Assembly (NCBI GenBank): GCA_047639455.1
Contig: JBLINS010000004.1
Coordinates: forward strand, 1 to 60,469
Direction: 5' to 3'
From: Candidatus Omnitrophota bacterium
GTDB taxonomy: Bacteria > Omnitrophota > Gorgyraeia > 2-02-FULL-51-18 > JAGOUK01
DNA: 60,469 bases
Below the pieces are notes generated by a model. It saw only the letters and a list, made by a program, of their open reading frames with translations. It was not told the origin of the DNA and did not search any database. The position numbers and the translations under genes are program-made. This document shows, piece after piece, positions 18,994 through 28,112 of this stretch. Numbering within the stretch: the first letter of the stretch is position 1; each line of letters opens with the position of its first letter.

Positions 18994-19761
18994 TTATCTC
19001 AATATGGGTGTTTCTTCGGAATAATGCACACGATTAAATAGCCTCACATCAGCATCAACTTGAACATAGGGGTATTCTTTAAAGCCAAATATGAAAGCAA
19101 ATAGCTTTTGAGGCACTTGACGAATATAAGTCCCATAAATATTACAGGCATTATTATAAGCCATGCGACGTTCTACAATTTTGTCTTCAATATTAATCAA
19201 AGCATCCATTAACTTCTGAAAATTACCACTGAGTTTGAGTTGCGGGTAATTCTCAGCCAAAGCCATTAAGCTGCCTAACATACCTTCTAAAGAAGCCCCT
19301 TTAACACCTTTAACGTCCCCTGCACCCACCTTTTTTAATAAGCCCTGTAATCCCTTTTGTTGTTCAGCACCCAAACTGCCTATCATGGCTTTAAGGGATT
19401 CTTGAGGATTGGCCTTGGCCGAACGTGTGTCGGATATATAGCGAAATAGTCGGCTTTCATGCGTGCTATAGTCCATGACTGTTTTAGAGAGATTAACAAT
19501 CAAATCTTTACGCCGCTGCAAATGTGCCTCGATTTGAGCCTGCTCAGTGTCCACCTGCGTTTGCATGGTCACGAATTGATTATAAAAATAAATTGCATAA
19601 ACAGCCATCACAAAAGTAAGCAATGCCGCAGCCCAAAGCTTCCAGCCATCAACCACAGGCATCCAATCAATGCGTTGCCACCAATGGTCCTTAACCGGTA
19701 CCAATTCCTCAAATTCATTGGGGAACATTTTTTTGATGGTTTCAGAAATACGGTTCGGCAT
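18994..19761 (-). CDS. mamQ: LemA-family magnetosome protein MamQ
   Basis: TM, YNQFV, LQRRKDL, AENYPQLKLSGNFQKL, ERRMAYN...FP-type LemA motifs; lies between mamA and mamN-like. Confidence 0.9.
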   Translation of the reverse strand: MPNRISETIKKMFPNEFEELVPVKDHWWQRIDWMPVVDGWKLWAAALLTFVMAVYAIYFYNQFVTMQTQVDTEQAQIEAHLQRRKDLIVNLSKTVMDYSTHESRLFRYISDTRSAKANPQESLKAMIGSLGAEQQKGLQGLLKKVGAGDVKGVKGASLEGMLGSLMALAENYPQLKLSGNFQKLMDALINIEDKIVERRMAYNNACNIYGTYIRQVPQKLFAFIFGFKEYPYVQVDADVRLFNRVHYSEETPILR

Positions 19762-19762
19762 A

Positions 19763-20560
19763 CTATTTACTTTCTTTCTCTAATTCCATGGCTTTTCTAA
19801 AGCATGCAATAGCATCTTTATGATTGCCCTGATTCTCAAATACAAAACCCAAAGCATGGTAATACAAAGGGTCCCGAGGCTCTAAATCAATGGCCTTACG
19901 ATACTTTTCGGCGGCCAAAACAGGTTTTTCTGTTTTTTCTAGAGCTGAGCCCCAATAATAGTAATTAGAGGCGTTTTCCTTTTCTGGAACTAAGTCGATT
20001 AAACGCTCAGAATATGGCACCATTTCAGCATAGCGCTCGAGCTTGAATAGGCATTGTATGATTTCGGCGATGATATCGGCATTATCGTCACCGACATTTT
20101 CTGATTTTTGCAAACATTCCAAGGCCTCTTCATGGTCTTCCATATGAGCATAGGTTAGACCAAGGTAATAAAGCGTTTCTTGATCTTCCTCATCCTCATG
20201 CTCAATAGCTTCGAGTAAGTGCTCATTAGCTCTTTTGATATCACCTTTTTCAAAAGACTTAATGCCTCTTTCTTTATGAAAACCAACATCAACAGCTTCA
20301 TCAACCACAAAGACATTCTTATAACTATTGATTAGGCCATTGGATATTCTATCCGATATTTCAAGCATGGCTTGAATAGCATGCCCCACTTTGTCTTGAG
20401 GCGTATGTGTGGATCTCTTTTGAACTTTGGCCTTAAGTACATCCGTCTGGCCATTTGCATGATTTTTGACTAAACGGCTTTTGGTCTCAGCTTTTTTTGT
20501 TTTAACTTTTGTATTGCTATGGTCGTGATCATGGTCGTGATCATGGTTGTGCTTACTCAT
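19763..20560 (-). CDS. mamA: TPR protein MamA with N-terminal His-Asp repeat
   Basis: About five TPRs (RGIKSFEKG, YYLGLTY, YYWGSAL, YHALGFVF); adjacent to mamB and mamQ. Confidence 0.85.
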   Translation of the reverse strand: MSKHNHDHDHDHDHSNTKVKTKKAETKSRLVKNHANGQTDVLKAKVQKRSTHTPQDKVGHAIQAMLEISDRISNGLINSYKNVFVVDEAVDVGFHKERGIKSFEKGDIKRANEHLLEAIEHEDEEDQETLYYLGLTYAHMEDHEEALECLQKSENVGDDNADIIAEIIQCLFKLERYAEMVPYSERLIDLVPEKENASNYYYWGSALEKTEKPVLAAEKYRKAIDLEPRDPLYYHALGFVFENQGNHKDAIACFRKAMELEKESK

Positions 20561-20656
20561 AATTTAACTCCTACAATTCTCTCTTGAAGAACAACTTTGA
20601 TATTGATTCTAAAATGAATCGACTACCTAAAATAATGCCTCCGTTTAATGATGAGT

Positions 20657-21568
20657 TTATTTTTTGGCGAATAAACGCCTTTGTTTCTTTATAGCTATTG
20701 TTTCTGTACAAGTAAAAGCAATGGATACATCTTTAATTTGGTCAAAACGTCGCATCAAAGCCAATCGGATCTCTCTAATAACGGCAGACGCTTCTCTAAC
20801 GGACATCTTTAAATCCATAGCAATTTCTATGTCCAGCCAAACACTTTGGCCTATACGCCTCGCTTTAATGAAATTAATTTTCTTAACTCCGCGATAAGGC
20901 TTAATCGCATTTTCTAAAAGAACTAATTTATCCATGGGTAAGGACTTATCAATCAACTGCACCCATGAAGACTTAATCAAAAATATAGCCGTCTTCATAA
21001 TATAAAAAGCTACAAAAACTGCGGCAGCCGGATCCATCCAATAAAAACCCAAATTAGCGCCAATAATACCAATCATCACCGCTATGCTCGAATTCATATC
21101 GGCACGATTTTCTTCTGCATTCGCTACTAATGCCGGTGAATTTAATCTTGTTCCAGCGCAAAATGCATAACCGGACATCGTATAATTCAAAACAATTGAT
21201 ATCACCGTAGCAAAAAATGCCATCATCATTGGTGGCTCGGTAACACCCTCTTTCATCATCTTAATCGCGTCAACCAAAAGCACGCAGGACAAAAGAAAAA
21301 GAATCGTGTAAACAACCAAGGCGCCCGTGAATTCGACTTTGCCCCTGCCCCAAGGATGTTTGTCGTCATCCTTTTTATTAGCAATGAATAAAGTCACAAT
21401 AACCGTTACCGTACCAATAACATCCGTCATTGAATGTATTCCGTCAGCTATCAAACCTTTAGAGCCGGCGAATACACCCATCAGCACAGTGAACACTGCC
21501 AAAAAACTATTTCCAAAAAAACTTACCCATGGCACGCGTTTGCCACAATCAATGCATTTCTGTCTCAC
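20657..21568 (-). CDS. mamB: Magnetosome CDF transporter MamB
   Basis: CIDC, ADGIHSMTD, HPWGRGKVEF, CAG..LNSPALVANAEENRAD. Confidence 0.88.
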   Translation of the reverse strand: MRQKCIDCGKRVPWVSFFGNSFLAVFTVLMGVFAGSKGLIADGIHSMTDVIGTVTVIVTLFIANKKDDDKHPWGRGKVEFTGALVVYTILFLLSCVLLVDAIKMMKEGVTEPPMMMAFFATVISIVLNYTMSGYAFCAGTRLNSPALVANAEENRADMNSSIAVMIGIIGANLGFYWMDPAAAVFVAFYIMKTAIFLIKSSWVQLIDKSLPMDKLVLLENAIKPYRGVKKINFIKARRIGQSVWLDIEIAMDLKMSVREASAVIREIRLALMRRFDQIKDVSIAFTCTETIAIKKQRRLFAKK

Positions 21569-21589
21569 ATCACATCCTTAAACGTACTA

Positions 21590-22477
21590 TCAGGCAATAG
21601 ACATTGGTGTCGGCTTAATCTGCACCAATATACTACCCATGTATCGATCGCGTTTGCGTAAGTCTGCTTTAATATTTTGTACAATGTTTTTTGACTCCAA
21701 AACAGATAAATCAGGATTAATTTCTACGGTTAAGTCGAGTATCATTTTTGAACCAGAGGATCTCGCCAAAACTTGTGTGACATTATCAACTTCATCAATT
21801 TGTAGCACACTCTTCTTAACTTCTTCAATATAACCTTTGGGCGCACTTGCATCCATCATGCCCTTCAAACCTTCCGTCAGGATCGCATAACTACCATGAA
21901 TGATATGTATGGACTCAAATATCGCAATCACTGGATCCGCCCAATGAATCCCTATTCGGGTAGCTAGAACTCCAACAGCAACTAATAAAGAGCCATAAAC
22001 ATCAATCTTATTATGCTCGGCATGTGACCTTAATGTGGGGCTATTCAATTGTCTAGCTCCACAATTCGAAAACTTGTAAACCAAAGCACTAATCACAGAA
22101 GATATAATCGAAACAAAAAATACCAACATATGCGGAATAACCATAACTTGTTTATTCATATGAATGAACGAAGACGCAATCAAAGCAATCGTTCCGGCTA
22201 TCATGGCACCACTGATGCCCACTTGAGCTATGAATTCAATTTTGCCAAATCCATAAGGGTATCCCCTAGTCGCCGGTCTATGGGTATATTTCATTCCCAA
22301 AAAAACCACCATCGAAGAACCAATATCACTCACATTCGACATGCCACTCGCCACCAAAGCATGACTGCGACCCATAAAACCAAAGGTCAATTTAAAAATG
22401 GATAAGAATACCGCTGCTATAAATCCGAGCGAACTCGTGATTTTGGCGCATTTGCGACAAAGCTTTTCATCTTTCAT
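21590..22477 (-). CDS. mamM: Magnetosome CDF transporter MamM
   Basis: CRKC, SNVSD, YPYGFGKIEF, SPTLRSHAEHNKID, ADPVIAIFES. Confidence 0.88.
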   Translation of the reverse strand: MKDEKLCRKCAKITSSLGFIAAVFLSIFKLTFGFMGRSHALVASGMSNVSDIGSSMVVFLGMKYTHRPATRGYPYGFGKIEFIAQVGISGAMIAGTIALIASSFIHMNKQVMVIPHMLVFFVSIISSVISALVYKFSNCGARQLNSPTLRSHAEHNKIDVYGSLLVAVGVLATRIGIHWADPVIAIFESIHIIHGSYAILTEGLKGMMDASAPKGYIEEVKKSVLQIDEVDNVTQVLARSSGSKMILDLTVEINPDLSVLESKNIVQNIKADLRKRDRYMGSILVQIKPTPMSIA

Positions 22478-22479
22478 CT

Positions 22480-22770
22480 TTAGTGGTGATGACTTTCTTC
22501 TTCAATTAAGTCATCTTCATCATGGTCATCATGATCATCATGATCGTCATGGCCATGATCCATTATATGATCGAACTTCCTATATAAAAGAGCGCCAATA
22601 CAAGCACCCAAAAAAAGTGCGATAATTAATACTGCACTCATCGAAACATGATACGGTGGCCCAAATGGAAACTGTATCACCGTCGGCCGCCAATTCTGCG
22701 CAAAAAACATGGCCACCAATGCCCAAAATATCAAATAAAAGAATAACTTAAGCCAAGTCCAAGTCTTCAT
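22480..22770 (-). CDS. MamL/LapA-like 2-TM protein with His/Asp-rich C-terminal tail
   Basis: F..QN...V...F...-..S...V....LFLG..IG pattern of LapA/DUF1049 and MamL; tail HGHDDHDDHDDHDEDDLIEEESHHH. Confidence 0.65.
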   Translation of the reverse strand: MKTWTWLKLFFYLIFWALVAMFFAQNWRPTVIQFPFGPPYHVSMSAVLIIALFLGACIGALLYRKFDHIMDHGHDDHDDHDDHDEDDLIEEESHHH

Positions 22771-22817
22771 GCTTTAAACTCGCGTCATTACACGAAATGC
22801 GTCCTGGCTTTCACTCC

Positions 22818-22892
22818 ACGTCATTGCGAGGAGTGCGTAGCAACGACGCGACAATCTAGACTGAGATTGCTTCACTTCGCTCGTAGTGACGG
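22818..22892. repeat. Compact REP-like doublet inserted between mamP and the mamL-like gene
   Basis: cgtcattgcgag...acaatct-agactg-agattgc...cgtagtgacg. Confidence 0.7.
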
Positions 22893-22958
22893 AACTTCCG
22901 CCCGTGCTGACGGTGCCTCTGCTCGCCATAAAGGTGCTTTTACTCTCAAATGACATCA

Positions 22959-24071
22959 TCACCTCAAAATCACGTGGCAATTCTTGCATTTGCCTCTGTC
23001 TTCATGAGGCATGACCGCATCACGCATAATTGGTGGTGCCGTGGGTAATAAATCGCCCATATCAACCGCTAATTGCCCACCAGTACGCATAATAATATGA
23101 CAAGCCGTACAAGGTTTGTCCATTTTTCTATGCGGACTAATAGCGCCTGGTGGAATTGGCGAAGCGGCTTCATTTTGCGAAAAACCCAAAGTACGCTTGG
23201 AAGCCATGGTCAAGTTCAATAATTGACCTTTACGTGATATCAAAAGCTGGGCCTTGCGTTGATTCTTAACTTTACGAGTACCTTCAGTGAATAGGCGTAA
23301 ATCAGGAGTCGCTATACCATTCACAGCCAAGACAACATCGCCAGCCAAGAAGCCTGATTCAGCCGACTCTAAAGAAACCTCATCCACCAAAACACCCTTG
23401 GTATTCTCGGGAACGCCATTCATACGGGCCAATTGGGCTACTAAAGGAATTAATTCCATGCCCAACCAATGGCCTTCACTTAATATTTTGTCAGCTGCAT
23501 TTTGCTCGAGCGGTGTGGGTAACGGCGCTTGGGGCGTTTGCATGGCTATAGTCACCATGCCATTACCCCTATTACTAGGAATCATAACAGGCATAGCCAC
23601 ATGACCACCCGTGACAATTTTTTCTCTTAATACTTGACTGATTTTATTATGCGCTTTTTTGTGAAAAGAACGATGGTCTTTAATTGTGACAAAGAGTGGT
23701 TTTTTATTACGAATAAGGTCAACAAATACACCTTCCTCAATATCCAAATCTTTTGTCGCACTAAGAAAGTCGCGTATATTCCTAATAGGCCGTCCATTAA
23801 AAGATTTAATCAAATCACCTTGGCGTATGCCAGATTTATAACTGGGGTTATCAGCCCAGCTAACCACAACACCTTTTTCATCAATAGGCACATTGAATTC
23901 ATTAGCGAGCCTAAAACTTGAATTAGAAACTAATAATCCCGCCCATTTGGCTTCACCGACACCAAAACGCATCAAACTCGCCACAAACAATAAGGCCAAT
24001 GCGGTGACGATCACCACAATGATGAGTCTATTATTCCGTGAATCACTTTTACCAAATTTGTTATCAGCCAT
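22959..24071 (-). CDS. mamP: Magnetosome protein MamP (TM, two PDZ, two magnetochromes)
   Basis: EGHWLGMELIPL PDZ; magnetochromes PIPPGAISPH...CTACH and PPIMRDAVMPHEDRGKCKNCH. Confidence 0.93.
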   Translation of the reverse strand: MADNKFGKSDSRNNRLIIVVIVTALALLFVASLMRFGVGEAKWAGLLVSNSSFRLANEFNVPIDEKGVVVSWADNPSYKSGIRQGDLIKSFNGRPIRNIRDFLSATKDLDIEEGVFVDLIRNKKPLFVTIKDHRSFHKKAHNKISQVLREKIVTGGHVAMPVMIPSNRGNGMVTIAMQTPQAPLPTPLEQNAADKILSEGHWLGMELIPLVAQLARMNGVPENTKGVLVDEVSLESAESGFLAGDVVLAVNGIATPDLRLFTEGTRKVKNQRKAQLLISRKGQLLNLTMASKRTLGFSQNEAASPIPPGAISPHRKMDKPCTACHIIMRTGGQLAVDMGDLLPTAPPIMRDAVMPHEDRGKCKNCHVILR

Positions 24072-24079
24072 GTATGAAA

Positions 24080-24448
24080 TTATTCTTTATTATTTTGGAC
24101 GACTTCAGCATCAACTACTTTAGGTTTAGATCTAAAAGCCGACCAAGCATTATTCTTAGGTTTATTCACAATTTTTGTATTAGGCATTATTTTGAGCTCC
24201 AGCCTTTCTACGGCTGTATTACATGACCCACATACCCATAATTTGCGTTTTTTACCGGCCATATAGGCGCCAGCAATGACAATAGGTAATCCAAGTAATG
24301 GGCCAGTCCACAATAAAGTGCTGAATACGCCGCCGGCCATAATAGCCGCGCCCAATTTGCGATTATGCTTAGGGCCATTATAAGGTTGCATTTCACCTTG
24401 GCAATGTGCACAAATCAAATTAGCAGACATTTTTTGTATCCAATTCAA
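24080..24448 (-). CDS. Split Cys4 ribbon enclosing a hydrophobic hairpin (LITAF-like topology)
   Basis: CAHC, then a Gly-rich hydrophobic hairpin, then WVCGSC. Confidence 0.7.
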   Translation of the reverse strand: MNWIQKMSANLICAHCQGEMQPYNGPKHNRKLGAAIMAGGVFSTLLWTGPLLGLPIVIAGAYMAGKKRKLWVCGSCNTAVERLELKIMPNTKIVNKPKNNAWSAFRSKPKVVDAEVVQNNKE

Positions 24449-24627
24449 TGCGCTTCATCATGTTGCAATTCCTCTAGATCTGAATCTTTGGTGCGAGCAC
24501 CTTTGCGTTTCACTTTACGTTTGGCTTGTGTTTCTTTCCAATCATCATTGGGGCATTCACGTTTGAACATAATGCCTCCCACAGCCGTCAAACCAAGCAC
24601 AAGAATGGTCATGGTTAATGGGTCCAT
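24445..24627 (-). CDS. 60-aa single-TM protein with basic then acidic tail
   Basis: Overlaps its neighbours in operon fashion; TM followed by KRKVKRK and DSDLEE. Confidence 0.6.
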   Translation of the reverse strand: MDPLTMTILVLGLTAVGGIMFKRECPNDDWKETQAKRKVKRKGARTKDSDLEELQHDEAH

Positions 24628-24630
24628 GGT

Positions 24631-26292
24631 TTAACGCATTGATGCTTCTGTTTTGGCAACCGTACTACTGGCTGCACATGGTTGACCATTGACTTGATGA
24701 CAAGTCGCACATTTGCCACGCCATCCATGCGGCATTGGCGTATTGCAATTAATTGTCGGCAGGCCTCCGCCTGCACCACCAAATAGATCACTCAAAAAAC
24801 CCACATTTTGCATTTGCGCTTCATTAGCTCTGCGTCTTTCCTGACGCTCCATAATTGGCAAAGTTTGAGCAACGGTCATTTGACCTCTATTACCTGTCAT
24901 TTGAGCTACAGGTGTTCCCGTAGCGCAAGGCGCATCCAGAATTTGATGACAATTGGAGCAATTACCACGCCATCCATGCGGCATAATGGAATGACAAGTG
25001 ATTATAGGTGCGCCACCCAAAGCGATATTTTGCATATTGCCACCAAGATTTTCGGCTTGCATACGTCTATTTTGATTAATGTCCATCATACCTGCATTAA
25101 TACCAGCTTGAGATGTTTGAGCACCTGGGCTACCAGCTGGGCATGGGCCATCACGGAATTGATGGCAATTCTGACAAGCGCCACGCCATCCATGCGGCAT
25201 ACGTTTATTACAACTAATCGTGGGCGCTCCGCGCAAAGCCATATTTTGCATGGCAACCATATTCATATTACTCGAAGTTTGTGCGCCCGGAGAGCCTGCT
25301 GCGCATGGGCCGTCCCTGAATTGATGGCAATTCTGACAAGCGCCGCGCCATCCATGTGGCATACGTTGATTACAACCAACAGTTGGCGCACCTCCCATAG
25401 CAATATTTTGCATACCTCTATTTTGATTCATGGGCTCTTGGCGATTTTGATTATTATTCATGGGCCGAAGTTGATTTTGCATAGTTGTTCCACATAATGA
25501 ACAGCGCGGATTAGGCCAGACATTATTATTCTCTACGCGTAGTTTCCAACCGCATGTTGGGCAAAAAAAGTTCTTACGATCCAAATTCATATCATTGGCC
25601 ATCATAGCGTTTTGCTGCTGCATCATTGGGAATGATTGAGTGGGAGGCCCTAATTGAGGAGAAGCATTGGCAAAACCTTGCAATAAAGGATTCTGCATTG
25701 GAGCTATGGGTTGTTGCATGGGTTGCGGCTGAATCATAATGGGTTGATTCATGCGTCGATTTTGATTCACAACTTTAATGCCACCATCAATAGAGAATCT
25801 AGCTTGTCGGTACAAACTAAGGGCTTCTTTGACCTTGCCTTGATAACCGCCATAAGCGCGTATACCTGATTTGGTTAAGACATCATAAGCTTCTGGATTA
25901 ATACTACCGGCAATGACAGCGTCCTCTCCAAGTCCCGCGACAAAATAGGCCATTTGCGAAGAAGGAATCAACATACCCGCATAGGGGTTTTTGATTGATT
26001 CAATGAGTTTATTCCACTCGGGATTAATGACTAAATAATTCGTGGCCTGCGCCAAAGATAATGCGACATTCGAACGCATGGTCGGGCCATCAGCCGCAAC
26101 CACTACCCTGCCGCCGCCAACTGTATTAGCATCGGGATTATTTTTGTTGGGCGAATATAGGGCTAAGAGGCCTATGCCCAATACAAGCACAATGGCGCCG
26201 AATATATAAAACGCATTCAAGTCAGTTGTGTGCAAACGATTCTTAAAATCTTCTAGAGAAACTTCCGCTTTATTTTTGGATTTTTTTGCCAT
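24631..26292 (-). CDS. TM, NifX/NifB-like (Nitro_FeMo-Co) domain, Cys4 ribbon, four magnetochrome-like CxxCH repeats
   Basis: VVVAADG...YLVIN...IKNP...DAVIAGSINP.AY..L..SGI..Y..G.VKEAL; four P.I.C...MPHGWRG.C..CHQ...PC repeats. Confidence 0.8.
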   Translation of the reverse strand: MAKKSKNKAEVSLEDFKNRLHTTDLNAFYIFGAIVLVLGIGLLALYSPNKNNPDANTVGGGRVVVAADGPTMRSNVALSLAQATNYLVINPEWNKLIESIKNPYAGMLIPSSQMAYFVAGLGEDAVIAGSINPEAYDVLTKSGIRAYGGYQGKVKEALSLYRQARFSIDGGIKVVNQNRRMNQPIMIQPQPMQQPIAPMQNPLLQGFANASPQLGPPTQSFPMMQQQNAMMANDMNLDRKNFFCPTCGWKLRVENNNVWPNPRCSLCGTTMQNQLRPMNNNQNRQEPMNQNRGMQNIAMGGAPTVGCNQRMPHGWRGACQNCHQFRDGPCAAGSPGAQTSSNMNMVAMQNMALRGAPTISCNKRMPHGWRGACQNCHQFRDGPCPAGSPGAQTSQAGINAGMMDINQNRRMQAENLGGNMQNIALGGAPIITCHSIMPHGWRGNCSNCHQILDAPCATGTPVAQMTGNRGQMTVAQTLPIMERQERRRANEAQMQNVGFLSDLFGGAGGGLPTINCNTPMPHGWRGKCATCHQVNGQPCAASSTVAKTEASMR

Positions 26293-26310
26293 TATTAACC
26301 TTAATTAAAA

Positions 26311-28083
26311 TTAACCATTATTCATCATAGGGTCCCTATCTCTATGGACCATATTCATTTTACATTTGGGGCATACTGGATGGATGCCCATATCATTATT
26401 AATACTTAGCTGCCACCAACACTGTGGGCATACCAAAACGCGATCACGTCGCATTTCTGGCATTAAGCCATGTTGCATCAGAATGTTTCCATCAATATTT
26501 AAATTGTCTTGCATACCACCTCTAAACATCGGCCCAGCCTGTTGTCGATGAATTAGTATTGAGCCGTCAAAAGAGCATAGTGGGTGAACACCCATATCAT
26601 CATTGACACTCAAGCGCCATGAACAAGTTGGGCAAACCAAATTACGATCTTGGATATCCTCCCATATGCCATTATTGCCATTAATGCCATTCAGGCTAAA
26701 GCGTCCACCTCTATCATTATTGTTCATACCCATCATCATATTCATATTCAAATTATTCATATTATTCATGGGGCTAGTCGGCATATTTTGCATAGAATTC
26801 ATAGTAAAATTATTATTCGACATAACGGGCGCATTTTGCATAGCATTCATATTCATTGAATTAACACCCATGCCATTCATTGGCATATTATTGGTATTCA
26901 TCATATTCATATTGCCACCCATACCCATATTCATGCGCCGCCCCATGCCCACGTTTTGCATATTCATGGGTTGCATAGCCACATTTTGCATGCCGAGAAC
27001 ACGTCTATTTGGGTCCATGACGATTTGATCGCGGCCTTTGCCTGTGATGCCAAGTGCAGTGTCCATTTGATTTCCGTCCAAACGTTTTTGATTCTGTAAG
27101 GCCATATTTTGCATATTCGCATTATTGTTGCCACGCATATCCATATTCATGGGTTGCATAGCCATATTTTGCATATTATTATTGTTGCCACGCATATCCA
27201 TATTCATTGGTTGCATAGCCATATTTTGCATATTCATATTCATGGGTTGCATGCCCATATTGGGCATCGCTCCTCCCCGGCCAAACATGGCTAGGGTTTC
27301 GCGATGAATCATAGTCGTATTACAGCGCGGGCAGGCTGGATGTATGCCTTGATCGTCATTGACACTTAATCGAAATAAACATTGGGGACAAACCAGCATT
27401 TTGTCGCGTCTTGGATGCATCATCATATTCGTATTTGGAACCGGCTGCATGGGTGTTTGAATACCATTGGGATTGCCCATATGCGCATGCATTGCATGGG
27501 GATTCATGCCATTATTGCTTTGCACATTACCTAAACTAGTATGACCAGTAACATTGCGATGTTTGAGCACATATATTCGGATGGCTTGTTTCGCAGGCCC
27601 TGTATAACCCGCATGTACGCCCAAGCCTGATTGAGTCAAAATTTGTTGTGATTGGGGTGCAATTGAACCTGCAAGGACAGCTTCCTCTCCCATGCCACTA
27701 ACCAATATAGCCACTTGTTGAGGATTTGTGGGTGTATTAGCATAAGGGTTTTGAACAGCTTCGATGAGCTTAAAGGTATCTGGGTCAACTAACAAATAAT
27801 ATTTGGCTTGTGACATGATTGGCGCCACGGCGGAACGTAAAGATGGGCCATTCGCAGCTATCACAACAGGCTTTGAGTGACGAGCAATAGGATTGCTACC
27901 TTTTTGGGGTCCATAAAAAAATAAAAAGGCCAAGCCAAGCACGAGACTTATGGATGCGACCATAATAAAGGTAGTCAAATCCCAAGTCTTGAATAAATGC
28001 CTCAATTCCTCAATGGATGCATGCGTTACCTTCTCCGTCTGAGGCTTATTTGAAGTATTAGTTTTTTTACGTTTAGTTGCCAA
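26311..28083 (-). CDS. TM, NifX/NifB-like domain, three Cys ribbons and long Met/Asn/Gln-rich tracts
   Basis: Paralog of the flanking genes; three LVCP.C..(R/Q)LS(V/I)N(D/N)D.G.HP.C repeats; 57-bp tandem repeat near 27105-27235. Confidence 0.8.
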   Translation of the reverse strand: MATKRKKTNTSNKPQTEKVTHASIEELRHLFKTWDLTTFIMVASISLVLGLAFLFFYGPQKGSNPIARHSKPVVIAANGPSLRSAVAPIMSQAKYYLLVDPDTFKLIEAVQNPYANTPTNPQQVAILVSGMGEEAVLAGSIAPQSQQILTQSGLGVHAGYTGPAKQAIRIYVLKHRNVTGHTSLGNVQSNNGMNPHAMHAHMGNPNGIQTPMQPVPNTNMMMHPRRDKMLVCPQCLFRLSVNDDQGIHPACPRCNTTMIHRETLAMFGRGGAMPNMGMQPMNMNMQNMAMQPMNMDMRGNNNNMQNMAMQPMNMDMRGNNNANMQNMALQNQKRLDGNQMDTALGITGKGRDQIVMDPNRRVLGMQNVAMQPMNMQNVGMGRRMNMGMGGNMNMMNTNNMPMNGMGVNSMNMNAMQNAPVMSNNNFTMNSMQNMPTSPMNNMNNLNMNMMMGMNNNDRGGRFSLNGINGNNGIWEDIQDRNLVCPTCSWRLSVNDDMGVHPLCSFDGSILIHRQQAGPMFRGGMQDNLNIDGNILMQHGLMPEMRRDRVLVCPQCWWQLSINNDMGIHPVCPKCKMNMVHRDRDPMMNNG

Positions 28084-28112
28084 AATAATTGATCCCTTTG
28101 TTTGTATTCTGA

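Noticed and set aside
22774-22989. 71-aa minus-strand ORF between mamP and the mamL-like gene
   Set aside because: It reads through a REP-like repeat, overlaps the mamP end and has no protein-like features.
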